A stretch of DNA of 39,920 nucleotides from Fibrobacter succinogenes (GTDB lineage Bacteria; Fibrobacterota; Chitinivibrionia; Chitinivibrionales; Chitinivibrionaceae): positions 1 to 39,920 of the forward strand of contig DYSA01000001.1 in assembly GCA_020726425.1 (NCBI GenBank), given 5' to 3'. The first letter of the stretch is position 1; each line of letters starts with the position of its first letter. Positions 7,489-16,189 of this stretch are shown here, one piece after another. A program made the position numbers and the translations under genes. Below the pieces are notes generated by a model that was given only the letters and a program-made list of their open reading frames with translations, searched no databases and was not told the origin of the DNA.

Positions 7489-7511
7489 AAAATATACTCA
7501 ATCAAATCAGA

Positions 7512-8807
7512 TTAGTTTTCTGTTGCTCCAGAACTCTTTTTTTGCGATTCAATCATAACATTTAAAGCAGTCGTTTTCAAAATGTGAGGAGTAACAAAGA
7601 TAACCAAGTCTTTCTTCACATTTTTGTTGAGATCATATTTAAAGAGATAACCAAGTATTGGAATATCTTTCAAAAATGGTATTCCACCTTCAGAATGTTG
7701 CTGGTCATCACTGGTCAAACCGGCAATAACGACGGTTTCTCCATCCTTAACAACAACTTCCGTTTCAGCACCCTGTTCGTTAATGATAGGTCCTTGGTCG
7801 GTCATTTCGTAAGATTTCTTAGTTGGTTTCAACTCCATTTTCACTCGACCATCGCCTGTAATTCGAGGAGTTACTATCAATTCTGTACCTGCATCGATCA
7901 TCTGAATTTTGGTATTTCCCGCATAATCAAGGCTTGAAACAGGAATACGACTTCCCATAAAAATTTTGGCTTCTTTGTTTTCAACAGTAGTGATCTGTGG
8001 CTCGGCAATTACTTCACTGTTATTCTCAGTAAAGAGATAATCTAAAGCAATTGAGAAACCACGTTGATCGAGAATACCATAAGTAGCTTTTTCAAGGCCA
8101 GCAACTTTTGCATTCGGTAAATGAGTAACCTGCGCACCTGAAGCTTTATCAAAGAAACTCCACTGAATCCCCATATCTTTTTGATCCCCAGAACCAACCT
8201 CTACAATTTTAGTCGATATTGTGATCTGAAGCATCTCACGGTCAAGAGAATCGATCATAGAACGAATTCTATCAAGATTTTTGGGAAGTTCATCAATGAT
8301 AAGAGAATTTGTATGCTCTACCACTGTCACTTTTCCTCTTTCAGAGAGCAATCCCATTACTGGAGCTTGCATATCTTTTGCCGTAGTATTCTTAAGTTTG
8401 ATCATCACTTTTTCAAGTGCTTCTAAACTTTCAAGATTACGAACTCCCTGAGCTTTTTGAACCTGTTTTGCAATATACCCAGTCTCAGTCATAACATAGA
8501 TATATTTGTTCTCTTGCTCGTAATAGAGTCCTTTCATTTTACAAATAACATCAAATACTTCTCTCCACGATTTTTCGCGGAGTGAAACGGTGATTTTACC
8601 GGTAACTTCTGGATCAAGAACTATATCTGTCCCACTCACTTTGGAGATATGATCGAATACAGAATTAAGAGTGGCATCTTGCCATTCCCATTTTGCAAAT
8701 TTCTTCTGTGAAGAGCCATTAAGTGACTGATTCCCAATAATCGAAATTGGAATCAGTAGAGCCACTACCAAAAGTGACACAAAAACGGTAATTCTTTTTG
8801 TACTCAT
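7512..8807 (-). CDS. pilQ: Type IV pilus secretin PilQ (short form, no AMIN domains)
   Basis: C-terminal secretin motif GGIPFLKDIPILGYLFK. Secretin_N-like IKLKNTTAKDM...VVEHTNSLIIDELPKNLDRIRSMIDSLD. N0/STN-like start WEWQDATLNSVFDHISKVSGTDIVLDPEV. The start is moved from 8900 to ATG 8807 (MSTKRITVFVSLLVVALL signal peptide), which removes an 83-nt overlap with the upstream gene. Confidence 0.85.
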   Translation of the reverse strand: MSTKRITVFVSLLVVALLIPISIIGNQSLNGSSQKKFAKWEWQDATLNSVFDHISKVSGTDIVLDPEVTGKITVSLREKSWREVFDVICKMKGLYYEQENKYIYVMTETGYIAKQVQKAQGVRNLESLEALEKVMIKLKNTTAKDMQAPVMGLLSERGKVTVVEHTNSLIIDELPKNLDRIRSMIDSLDREMLQITISTKIVEVGSGDQKDMGIQWSFFDKASGAQVTHLPNAKVAGLEKATYGILDQRGFSIALDYLFTENNSEVIAEPQITTVENKEAKIFMGSRIPVSSLDYAGNTKIQMIDAGTELIVTPRITGDGRVKMELKPTKKSYEMTDQGPIINEQGAETEVVVKDGETVVIAGLTSDDQQHSEGGIPFLKDIPILGYLFKYDLNKNVKKDLVIFVTPHILKTTALNVMIESQKKSSGATEN

Positions 8808-8817
8808 AGTGTTAGAC

Positions 8818-10452
8818 CTACTCTTTCTTAACCAGTAATTCTTTCTCAATTGTATACGTAAAGTCCGATTCCTGCATGAGGAAGACCACTTTACGTTCAT
8901 AAATCTTTAATAATTTTCCATTTTCAACTTTTTCACCCACTCGCATTGAGAAAGAGAGTGTCTTCCCATTTACAACTTCATCAAAAAGTGCAATTCCATC
9001 ACGTGGATCATAAATTACGCCCACAAGCGTTAACTTATCAACCTTCGGCATTTTTGGTTTCACAAAGTTAGTCGACGTCAATGGTAAGAATGGATCACGG
9101 CCCATTTTCTTATATGGCTTGATTTGAACAACTTCTTTTGGAGCTGAAGCACTATCTTGTTTTGCAACATTTCCATTTTGTTTCGCAGAAGCTGAATCGA
9201 GCTTAAACCCACTTTTCTGTTTATCATTGAGTAGCGGATCAGAACCGGGACTGTTAAACTCGTCAACTACAGGTTTTGCTTTTACAGCACTCGAGTTATG
9301 AATTGCATCCCATTGAGCTACAGTAATACGAGTACTGTCCTGAGCCATTTTTGTACTCACAAACGCTTCTTCACCAGATTCTAGTCGAATTTTGAACCAT
9401 TCACCATCTTTAGATTCAGAAACAAAACGTGCACCAAAGGCAAATTTACCGATAATATTCGAAGAACTAGTTGTAACCGGAGTTCTGCGAATATTCACAT
9501 TGTCTTTAATAAGATACACAACAGAAGTTACCGCTGCATTGCTAGTAGAATTCGACGCATCTGCAGTAACAACAACTTTGGGGGTCTTTACAACATACTT
9601 ATATGTCTTTGCTTTACTGACCCCCATCACTACAGGCACTTCATATTCTCTTGTGTCAGAAAAAACTAAAGAAATTAAATTTTCAGAAATTGATGCAAAA
9701 GAATAATTTCCATCTTTACTCTTAAAGTATAAATGAAGCAATCCATCTTTAGAAACACGAGAAGAATCAACAAGATAACTAACAGGGAACTTATTTTTTA
9801 AAGTTCCTAATTTCAGTGCTGTTCCAAAGTCGACAGAAATCCCTTTTTCATCCCGAATTACTTTCGCACTATTCAGCGTGCTTCCGCTTATAGTTACAAA
9901 CTCTAATCCATCACGATTTACAATAGAAATTTCATTTACAATCGGTTGTTTAGCAACAATCGAATCCCCTGCAGCTACATTTTTTTTTACAGAGTCTTTC
10001 GCACTTGTAACAGGTGCAGTTGAAACAGGTGCTTTAGAGTTAGATTCACCCACAAAAAGTACATTATCAAAAGCTTCTGATTTTGAAGGTGATATCAACA
10101 AAAGAAACCGTGTTTTTGTGAATTTCTTCTGCATATCTTCAATAGACAAACGGAAATTATAAAAAACTAGTTGGGCGACACCGTTACTGTTTGTACTAGC
10201 TATTGAGTCAGCCCAATACTTCTTTCCGAGCGAATATGTTTTAGCATACGAAGAGCTTACACCTGAACCCGGGATATTTATTGTCAGATTACCATCGATC
10301 AGTTCAACATGAACTGTCGGTTCTTTGGTAACATTATCGATTGACAAAATTACTCCGCGCTCTCCTGACACTAACCGGTAACTTGGAACACCTAATGCTG
10401 TCGTAACAGAAATCAACAGAACAAGGAGCGATAGGTTTTGTAACATTTTCAT
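8818..10452 (-). CDS. PilP-like pilus alignment protein with N-terminal AMIN-like repeats and an SH3b-like module (544 aa)
   Basis: It sits in the pilP position between pilO and pilQ. It has a signal peptide without a lipobox Cys. The C-terminal about 100 aa (GRDPFLPL...LTLVGVIYDPRDGIALFDE...GEKVENGKLLKIYERKVVF) fits the PilP beta domain. The SH3b-like segment is IKDNVNIRRTPV...GEWFKIRLESGEEAFV. There are two AMIN-like segments near the N-terminus. Confidence 0.6.
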   Translation of the reverse strand: MKMLQNLSLLVLLISVTTALGVPSYRLVSGERGVILSIDNVTKEPTVHVELIDGNLTINIPGSGVSSSYAKTYSLGKKYWADSIASTNSNGVAQLVFYNFRLSIEDMQKKFTKTRFLLLISPSKSEAFDNVLFVGESNSKAPVSTAPVTSAKDSVKKNVAAGDSIVAKQPIVNEISIVNRDGLEFVTISGSTLNSAKVIRDEKGISVDFGTALKLGTLKNKFPVSYLVDSSRVSKDGLLHLYFKSKDGNYSFASISENLISLVFSDTREYEVPVVMGVSKAKTYKYVVKTPKVVVTADASNSTSNAAVTSVVYLIKDNVNIRRTPVTTSSSNIIGKFAFGARFVSESKDGEWFKIRLESGEEAFVSTKMAQDSTRITVAQWDAIHNSSAVKAKPVVDEFNSPGSDPLLNDKQKSGFKLDSASAKQNGNVAKQDSASAPKEVVQIKPYKKMGRDPFLPLTSTNFVKPKMPKVDKLTLVGVIYDPRDGIALFDEVVNGKTLSFSMRVGEKVENGKLLKIYERKVVFLMQESDFTYTIEKELLVKKE

Positions 10453-11087
10453 GGCTGCTCCTGTACAGGTGTAGGGTTTTTAGAAGAATATGTAGAGATC
10501 TTGAACTTTGTAATTACACTATTCACTTGATCATTGTATTCTTCTGAAATATCTAAGGATTGATAATTAGTAATATCAGAAGCCATCACACTGCTTGGCT
10601 TGAGACTCAAGCTTCCAACATTAACAATCAGATCAAAACGAGCAAGCGCTTCGAAAAAAGTTCCCAGCTTATGATATGCTCCAAGTAATTCAATTTCATA
10701 ATTGTGTTCAATGTAATATTCCTGAACAACTTCACCTAGAGGTTTAAAGTTGATCACCATTAATTCATTATCACGAGCCATTTTGGTAATGTTGTTAATC
10801 AACGAAGGGGTGTCTGCACTATCAGGAAATACAGCTTCAAGTGCCGTTAACTCCGTACGCAAATTCGCAACCGCAATACGTAATTTCTCAAGCTGTGGTT
10901 TCAACTGAAGGATCTTATTAAGCTCTTGCTGTTTTTCATCCCGCACCGAAATCGCAGACTTTAACTTTACAGTATTTTCTTTTATCTGGAGCCAGTAAAT
11001 TGCACCGGAAATTATCAAACCCATAAGAATTATCGCAATAACTTGCTGAACTTTCTTATCGGAGAAATCTATGTTTTTCAAATCCAT
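10449..11087 (-). CDS. pilO: Type IV pilus assembly protein PilO
   Basis: Single N-terminal TM (VIAIILMGLIISGAIYWL), a coiled coil (QQELNKILQLKPQLEKLRIAVANLRTEL) and a C-terminal alpha/beta domain. It lies after pilN and has an ATGA-type overlap with the next gene. Confidence 0.7.
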   Translation of the reverse strand: MDLKNIDFSDKKVQQVIAIILMGLIISGAIYWLQIKENTVKLKSAISVRDEKQQELNKILQLKPQLEKLRIAVANLRTELTALEAVFPDSADTPSLINNITKMARDNELMVINFKPLGEVVQEYYIEHNYEIELLGAYHKLGTFFEALARFDLIVNVGSLSLKPSSVMASDITNYQSLDISEEYNDQVNSVITKFKISTYSSKNPTPVQEQP

Positions 11088-11101
11088 TTTTTCAAAGACT
11101 C

Positions 11102-11713
11102 CTACTTAGATGTCTGAAGTGAATCAGTGGGCGTTACAACTGGCGCTGCTACAGGTAGCATTGATGCATGTAAACCTTGATTAACCGTAAACGTTAATAA
11201 AGAACCTGTAGCATCTTTCCCTTTAACCTCAACAAGACTAACCGAACTTACCAGTGGATTGTTCATGAGCTGAACCATAAATTGTCCAACCTCACCAAAT
11301 GCCATAGTTTCACCTGTAATTTTGACACTCGAGCCTTCTTCGGCAATTTCAGTTATCCAGCTATTCGCAGGCAACTCAGTACAGTACAATTCAAGGAGTC
11401 TAACCCATTTGTCACGCACAACGCTGATCTGTTTTAGACCAGTAATTTTACGCTCCATTGCCTGTTGCTCGACACCCAAGTCTTCAATTTCTTTTTTGAT
11501 TGTACCATTAGCTGCAATCTGAGACTCAATATTTGTCGTTTCGTGCTCAGCTTTCTTAACACTGCCAACTAAAATTGTATTCCACATTATCATCGCTGTA
11601 ATCATTACACTGGAGATCACAACAGGAATGAGGACATCTTTCTTAATGGTAAACTTTCTCGTACGTACACGATACTCGTGAGGTATGAGATTAATCTCAA
11701 TCTTTTCTACCAT
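11102..11713 (-). CDS. pilN: Type IV pilus assembly protein PilN
   Basis: N-terminal INLIPHEYR motif followed by a TM helix and a coiled coil. Its start overlaps the pilM stop by 1 nt (TAATG). Confidence 0.8.
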   Translation of the reverse strand: MVEKIEINLIPHEYRVRTRKFTIKKDVLIPVVISSVMITAMIMWNTILVGSVKKAEHETTNIESQIAANGTIKKEIEDLGVEQQAMERKITGLKQISVVRDKWVRLLELYCTELPANSWITEIAEEGSSVKITGETMAFGEVGQFMVQLMNNPLVSSVSLVEVKGKDATGSLLTFTVNQGLHASMLPVAAPVVTPTDSLQTSK

Positions 11714-12777
11714 TAATACACCTCCCGCAGTGAAAGACCAACTGCTACTGAAAGTAGTGCAGATATTTTCGATGGATCAATTGCGCCAAAAAGGTCTTGG
11801 TCATACTTCAAGAAACTAAAAGGATTTGACCGAACGACAGTAGTATCAAAACGATCACTTAAATACGTGATAATATTAGGCACATACGCACCGCCACCAC
11901 AGATTACAATTTTATCAATAGACAGCACGTCTTCGGTTTTCTTAAAGTACGAGAACGCCATATCGAAACTCGACCCAAAATCATCCAAGATAACGGACAT
12001 TGTATTCTGGAAATCTTCATCACTCACACCGGGAATTTTTTTACCATGTAGCAACGAAATCGCATCTTGCTCTGGTATTTTCAATTGCTTTTGAAGTGTA
12101 GTAATGAAAAAACTATTTGCAGTATTAATTTCTCGAGAAGAGTGATACAGGCCATCTTTAATAAAGATAACGCGACAGCCACTATATCCGATATCCATAA
12201 GCACGAGAGTACCAAGGGCAACTTCGGAATAGCTCTCCATTGCATAGCAATTGTTGAACGCATAGGTACCAACATCTACGGCAACAGTTCTAAGCCCGGC
12301 ATCATACAACGCGTCGATATATTTTTGCATCATTTGATTACGCGCTGCAACGAGAAGTACCTCAACTTCGTTTCTTTCAGGAAACTGCCGAAGTATTTTA
12401 TAGGAGATTGTTATATCTTCAGCATCGAATGGACTGCGCTGACTTGCTTCCCATAAAATAGTGTCCGCAATATTTTCATTCGGTTCTATCTTGAAAATGA
12501 GTTTATCACTCAGAATCCCCTGTCCACCCAATGAAATTACCACATCAACTATAGAGGGGTCACACTGATCAACCAATGTTGTTACTTCCTCAACAAAAGC
12601 TTCAGGATCTTTAATATCGCCGTTCTCAACAATACCCGGTCGAAGCTCTTTCACTCCAACGGCAGTGAGATGCCATTCTCCACCTTCGATCTGTATTTCT
12701 ACAATCTTGATCGAACGACTTCCGATATCCAGCCCCACGCGGGAGCGCTTTTTTTTAAAACGTTCTAAGAGACCCAT
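11713..12777 (-). CDS. pilM: Type IV pilus assembly ATPase-like protein PilM (actin fold)
   Basis: MGLLERFKKKRSRVGLDIGSRSIKIVEI is a typical PilM N-terminus. The track start 12834 is a TTG and would place a 9-bp hairpin inside the coding sequence, so ATG 12777 is preferred. Confidence 0.88.
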   Translation of the reverse strand: MGLLERFKKKRSRVGLDIGSRSIKIVEIQIEGGEWHLTAVGVKELRPGIVENGDIKDPEAFVEEVTTLVDQCDPSIVDVVISLGGQGILSDKLIFKIEPNENIADTILWEASQRSPFDAEDITISYKILRQFPERNEVEVLLVAARNQMMQKYIDALYDAGLRTVAVDVGTYAFNNCYAMESYSEVALGTLVLMDIGYSGCRVIFIKDGLYHSSREINTANSFFITTLQKQLKIPEQDAISLLHGKKIPGVSDEDFQNTMSVILDDFGSSFDMAFSYFKKTEDVLSIDKIVICGGGAYVPNIITYLSDRFDTTVVRSNPFSFLKYDQDLFGAIDPSKISALLSVAVGLSLREVY

Positions 12778-12819
12778 AACGCTACTCTCACAATTTAACG
12801 TATAACTTCGATAATATAC

Positions 12820-12846
12820 AAATAGCTCACTCAAAAAGAGCTATTT
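12820..12846 (-). terminator. Stem-loop (attenuator or partial terminator) between the pilin-like gene and pilM
   Basis: A perfect 9-bp inverted repeat AAATAGCTC/GAGCTATTT with a 9-nt loop starts 6 nt after stop 12853. The 3' arm ends in UUU and is followed by GUAUAUUAU, so there is no strong U-tract. Confidence 0.45.
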
Positions 12847-12852
12847 ATTCCG

Positions 12853-13257
12853 TTACTGAGCCGCACCCCATACAGTATCCTGTTCAACAACGTTCCTAAC
12901 TAACCTAAATTTCTTAAGTTGAACAACATCTTCGCCCCCAACAACTCCTGTTGAGTTTACAGAGACGAGTAGTGTATCACCAAGAAATTCCTTATTTACA
13001 ATAACTTCATAAGAACCACTTCCGATAACATTTTTCGGAATAGAACGAAATTTTTCAGATACCATCCCTTCAAGCCCATCTAAATTTGCCATGGCATCCT
13101 GAAAGCCCAAATCGCTTAAGTGTGTAGCTGCTAACCGATTTTCCCGTTTCGTATCTGACAGTTTTTTGGTTACGATAACCAATGTGAGACCAATAACGAT
13201 CACCGACACAACGATTCCCAAAATCACCGGCAAAAGAGACAACCCTTTATTTTTCAT
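12853..13257 (-). CDS. Pilin-like or PilX-like small protein with non-canonical class III-type N-terminus
   Basis: MKNKG/LSLLPVILGIVVSVIVIGLTLVIV is a short basic leader ending in Gly, followed by an about 24-aa hydrophobic helix as in type IV (pseudo)pilins. Position +5 is Pro rather than Glu. The gene lies directly upstream of pilM. Confidence 0.4.
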   Translation of the reverse strand: MKNKGLSLLPVILGIVVSVIVIGLTLVIVTKKLSDTKRENRLAATHLSDLGFQDAMANLDGLEGMVSEKFRSIPKNVIGSGSYEVIVNKEFLGDTLLVSVNSTGVVGGEDVVQLKKFRLVRNVVEQDTVWGAAQ

Positions 13258-13262
13258 AACAC

Positions 13263-13736
13263 CTACTCTTTATGGTACGGGTGATTATTGCAAATCGATA
13301 ATCCTCTGTAAATCTGTTCGGCAAAAACCAGTTTACAGAGTTTGTACGGGAATGTCAACGGCGAAAGGCTTAAAAGTAATTCGGAGTCATTTTTAATTTC
13401 TTTTGCCAGTCCAAAGGCAGATCCAATTATGAACAGCAACTCACGACTTTCATCAGATACTTTTTGCAGAAATCCAGCAAATTCATAACTGGTAAGCAGT
13501 TTTCCTTCTTCTCCAAGTGCTACTACACAAGTATTTGTTGTCATGTACTTCCTAATCAACTTAGCTTCGCGTGCCAAAATCACTTCGATTGGATCTTTAG
13601 AAGAATCAGAGGACTTAAGAGAAATAAATTCCACAGTCGCCCACAAGCGACTCATCTTTACAAAGCGGTCTATCTCTGCTGAATATGTTTCTCCGGACGA
13701 TTTTCCGAAATTTACTACTTTAATTTTTAAGTTCAT
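13263..13736 (-). CDS. rlmH: 23S rRNA (pseudouridine1915-N3)-methyltransferase RlmH (SPOUT)
   Basis: 157 aa. The C-terminal block LSLSPLTFPYKLCKLVFAEQIYRGLSICNNHPYHKE is the characteristic RlmH knot region. Confidence 0.9.
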   Translation of the reverse strand: MNLKIKVVNFGKSSGETYSAEIDRFVKMSRLWATVEFISLKSSDSSKDPIEVILAREAKLIRKYMTTNTCVVALGEEGKLLTSYEFAGFLQKVSDESRELLFIIGSAFGLAKEIKNDSELLLSLSPLTFPYKLCKLVFAEQIYRGLSICNNHPYHKE

Positions 13737-14871
13737 TAAAATTCACGTGAAGTTGTTCTCTCTGTTTTTCAAATATGTGCCGAACAATAGCATCAGAGTC
13801 CGCACGATTTATATCTTTAAATTCTACATGGTGTTTATATCGAACGTCACCTCTTCGCTCGCGCTTAACTACTCCAATAACTTCACCTTTAAGCACATAT
13901 TTTTTACCTGCGAGAGTAAAAGAGAGTGATAAGCGATCTTCTTTTTTTAACTCTTCATCCGCAATAAATGCCATGCCCCCACCACTAATATCGAGCATTG
14001 CACAGTTTTCAATAAGGGCGCCAAGAGGTGCATTCTTCGTAGATTTTGTTCGATGTAACAAACGACACTGCAATGGCAAATCAACTTGCATTCGAACAAA
14101 GTCCCGAAATTGCTGGCGATCAAAACTATTTGTATGGGGCACCTGTATTATGTGTGACACATCATCAACATCCAACACGTCTACAGGAATTGTGTATACA
14201 CCATCACCAGTTCGAGTGTATTGAATAAATAATTTTTGAGATACTTCAGGCTTAAACGATGCATTCTCTGGTCGATACCTTATTGAAAGTGCTAATTCTG
14301 TGCTTTCAAGTGAAATGGCATCTGTGATTCGATTATTATGGTCTATAGCTGAGACAAGATCAAATTGCTGCCCGACTTCAATATTTCGCGTAGAACTCAT
14401 GGCTATCTCGCGAAGTAATGCATCATACCCCAATTTCTTGCGTATTGTTCTAATCAAAACAGTAGAAGCTTCTGCTTTTGCAGTAAATCCCCATTTGCCA
14501 ATCAACTCAGCACACTCGTTAGCAACTGCCTCTTCAAAAATCGAAACAGATTGAAAAACTGCAGGATATGTAACTACTTTAATTTTTTTTAAATAGTTCC
14601 GAAGCGAAAACACCTCATTGGCACTTAGTCCAAATCGTTCACACTGACGGAGAAATTGGTGCTCTGAGTGCTGCTCTTGTGTTCGCTTTCGTTGTTTTTC
14701 TTGATATGAGATGAAAATTAGTACGAAGATAATAAGTAGAATAAACATAGCAAAAACAAATGAGATGAGAAAAGGAGATGCAACAGGCATATCGATATCA
14801 TTAATACGCGTTGAAACTTGAGAATACAGAGTACTCCAATTAACAAAGAGTAAAAACAACAAAGTTCTCAT
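13720..14871 (-). CDS. Membrane-anchored PilZ-domain (c-di-GMP binding) protein
   Basis: Signal/TM segment (FLISFVFAMFILLIIFVLIFI). The C-terminal PilZ motifs are RxxxR (CRLLHRTKS) and D/NxSxxG (LDISGGGMAF). Its 3' end overlaps the rlmH start by 17 nt. Confidence 0.8.
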   Translation of the reverse strand: MRTLLFLLFVNWSTLYSQVSTRINDIDMPVASPFLISFVFAMFILLIIFVLIFISYQEKQRKRTQEQHSEHQFLRQCERFGLSANEVFSLRNYLKKIKVVTYPAVFQSVSIFEEAVANECAELIGKWGFTAKAEASTVLIRTIRKKLGYDALLREIAMSSTRNIEVGQQFDLVSAIDHNNRITDAISLESTELALSIRYRPENASFKPEVSQKLFIQYTRTGDGVYTIPVDVLDVDDVSHIIQVPHTNSFDRQQFRDFVRMQVDLPLQCRLLHRTKSTKNAPLGALIENCAMLDISGGGMAFIADEELKKEDRLSLSFTLAGKKYVLKGEVIGVVKRERRGDVRYKHHVEFKDINRADSDAIVRHIFEKQREQLHVNFNELKN

Positions 14872-14951
14872 GATAGACGTTTCTCATTTCAGTTAAGCTC
14901 TTTACTAAAATAGTAAAATACTTGTTAGATTCCCGATTTTTTACATAATCC

Positions 14952-15602
14952 CTATTTATTTATACAATATGCGAGAGCAGACCGAAGTGATGTAGGTATC
15001 GATTCATCGAGACACGCTTTAAAATGCAATTCATCCAAAACCGTTTCAACCTGTTCGTTAAGTAGAACCATAAATGTTCCGTCCAACTCATCATCACAAA
15101 CCGGTGGCAAACAAAACCGATTCACATCGCGACTGAAAAATGATCGACAGGTTAGCGGACGAACGGGATATACAATACATTTCCCTTCGGAATCAAGCAA
15201 TGGACACGGTATTTGAAGGGTATAGAAGCGATTAAGCATGTACGATTCATCAGTGATTTCTTCATTTTCAAGAATCTGCTCCATCTCCATTTCTGCTCCG
15301 GTACTTTCAATCTCTATGCGCTTGATTTTATCTGGATACTGTTCTTTTATATAGGAGATAATCGTTTTCATCTCAAATGCATATATGTCTTCAACCCAAT
15401 GATTGCAGCAATAACTGCACCCCATTGTACAGGCAATATCACGTTTTTTTTCATGTAAACACTCATCGATATATTGATCGTAGAGTTCATACAACCCTCG
15501 TGTAAACTCTATCCATTCTGTTCGAGACACTGTAGGTCGACCTGAAATGCTGTCGCATAACTGTAAAATCCCAAGAGAATAGTTTTCTCTAGCCAAGAAC
15601 AC
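14952..15602 (-). CDS. YkgJ-family cysteine-cluster (zinc/iron-chelating, UPF0153) protein
   Basis: CTMGCSYCCNHW and CPLLDSEGKCIVYPVRPLTCRSF cysteine clusters. GTG start. Confidence 0.75.
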   Translation of the reverse strand: MFLARENYSLGILQLCDSISGRPTVSRTEWIEFTRGLYELYDQYIDECLHEKKRDIACTMGCSYCCNHWVEDIYAFEMKTIISYIKEQYPDKIKRIEIESTGAEMEMEQILENEEITDESYMLNRFYTLQIPCPLLDSEGKCIVYPVRPLTCRSFFSRDVNRFCLPPVCDDELDGTFMVLLNEQVETVLDELHFKACLDESIPTSLRSALAYCINK

Positions 15603-16188
15603 ATCCCCGAGCAGTATTTATCACTCCAAGACCAAATTCGATAGCAACTTGAAGAGAATCTTGGTTTTCAACACAAAACCATTCTTTCAAATCGATATCA
15701 GGTCTTTGGAAAAGGGATTCTTGCTTCTGGATTCGTTCACGACACTGATTATCAGACAGGCCAGTTCGATTTACTAAACGATGTAAACGCGTATCAAAAT
15801 CAGCTTCCACCCATATCGAGAAATCTGTTTTGACTGAACCATTCCAGAGAGAGAGCAAAGCACAATCGACAAAAAGCGATGTTGAAGAGTTGGATATTTG
15901 AGTATTGAGTTCGTAAATAAGTCTAGGATGAACAATGGAGTTTAGAAGATTCAGTTTTTTGCTATCTGCAAATACAATTGGGCCCAATTTGGCAAAATCG
16001 ATCGCATCATTCTTGATTGTTCCAAAATGCTTATTCACCGATTGAATAATTTCACGATTGGTATTCATCAACTCTTTAGCGATACAATCAGCGTCGAGAA
16101 CAGGGTACCCTAGAATGGTAGACCACTGATGAACAAGAGTACTCTTACCACTCCCCATATAGCCTGCAACACCAATTATTTGTTTCAT
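15589..16188 (-). CDS. coaE: Dephospho-CoA kinase
   Basis: MKQIIGVAGYMGSGKST P-loop at the N-terminus, VLDADCIAKE and SIVHPRL blocks, about 200 aa. ATG 16188 is preferred over track TTG 16206 and lies 1 nt after the upstream stop. Confidence 0.85.
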   Translation of the reverse strand: MKQIIGVAGYMGSGKSTLVHQWSTILGYPVLDADCIAKELMNTNREIIQSVNKHFGTIKNDAIDFAKLGPIVFADSKKLNLLNSIVHPRLIYELNTQISNSSTSLFVDCALLSLWNGSVKTDFSIWVEADFDTRLHRLVNRTGLSDNQCRERIQKQESLFQRPDIDLKEWFCVENQDSLQVAIEFGLGVINTARGCVLG

Positions 16189-16189
16189 T

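Noticed and set aside
8808-8900. N-terminal 31-aa extension of pilQ overlapping the PilP-like gene by 83 nt
   Set aside because: The extension (MNVKWSSSCRNRTLRIQLRKNYWLRKSRSNT) precedes a perfect signal peptide that begins at ATG 8807. The shorter form removes the overlap.
9980-9988. T9 homopolymer inside the PilP-like gene, plus 8-nt runs at 12749-12756 in pilM and 14583-14590 in the PilZ gene, as possible phase-variation switches
   Set aside because: The runs encode Lys-rich stretches and are of a length expected in AT-rich coding DNA. Without population data showing length variation there is no support for phase variation.
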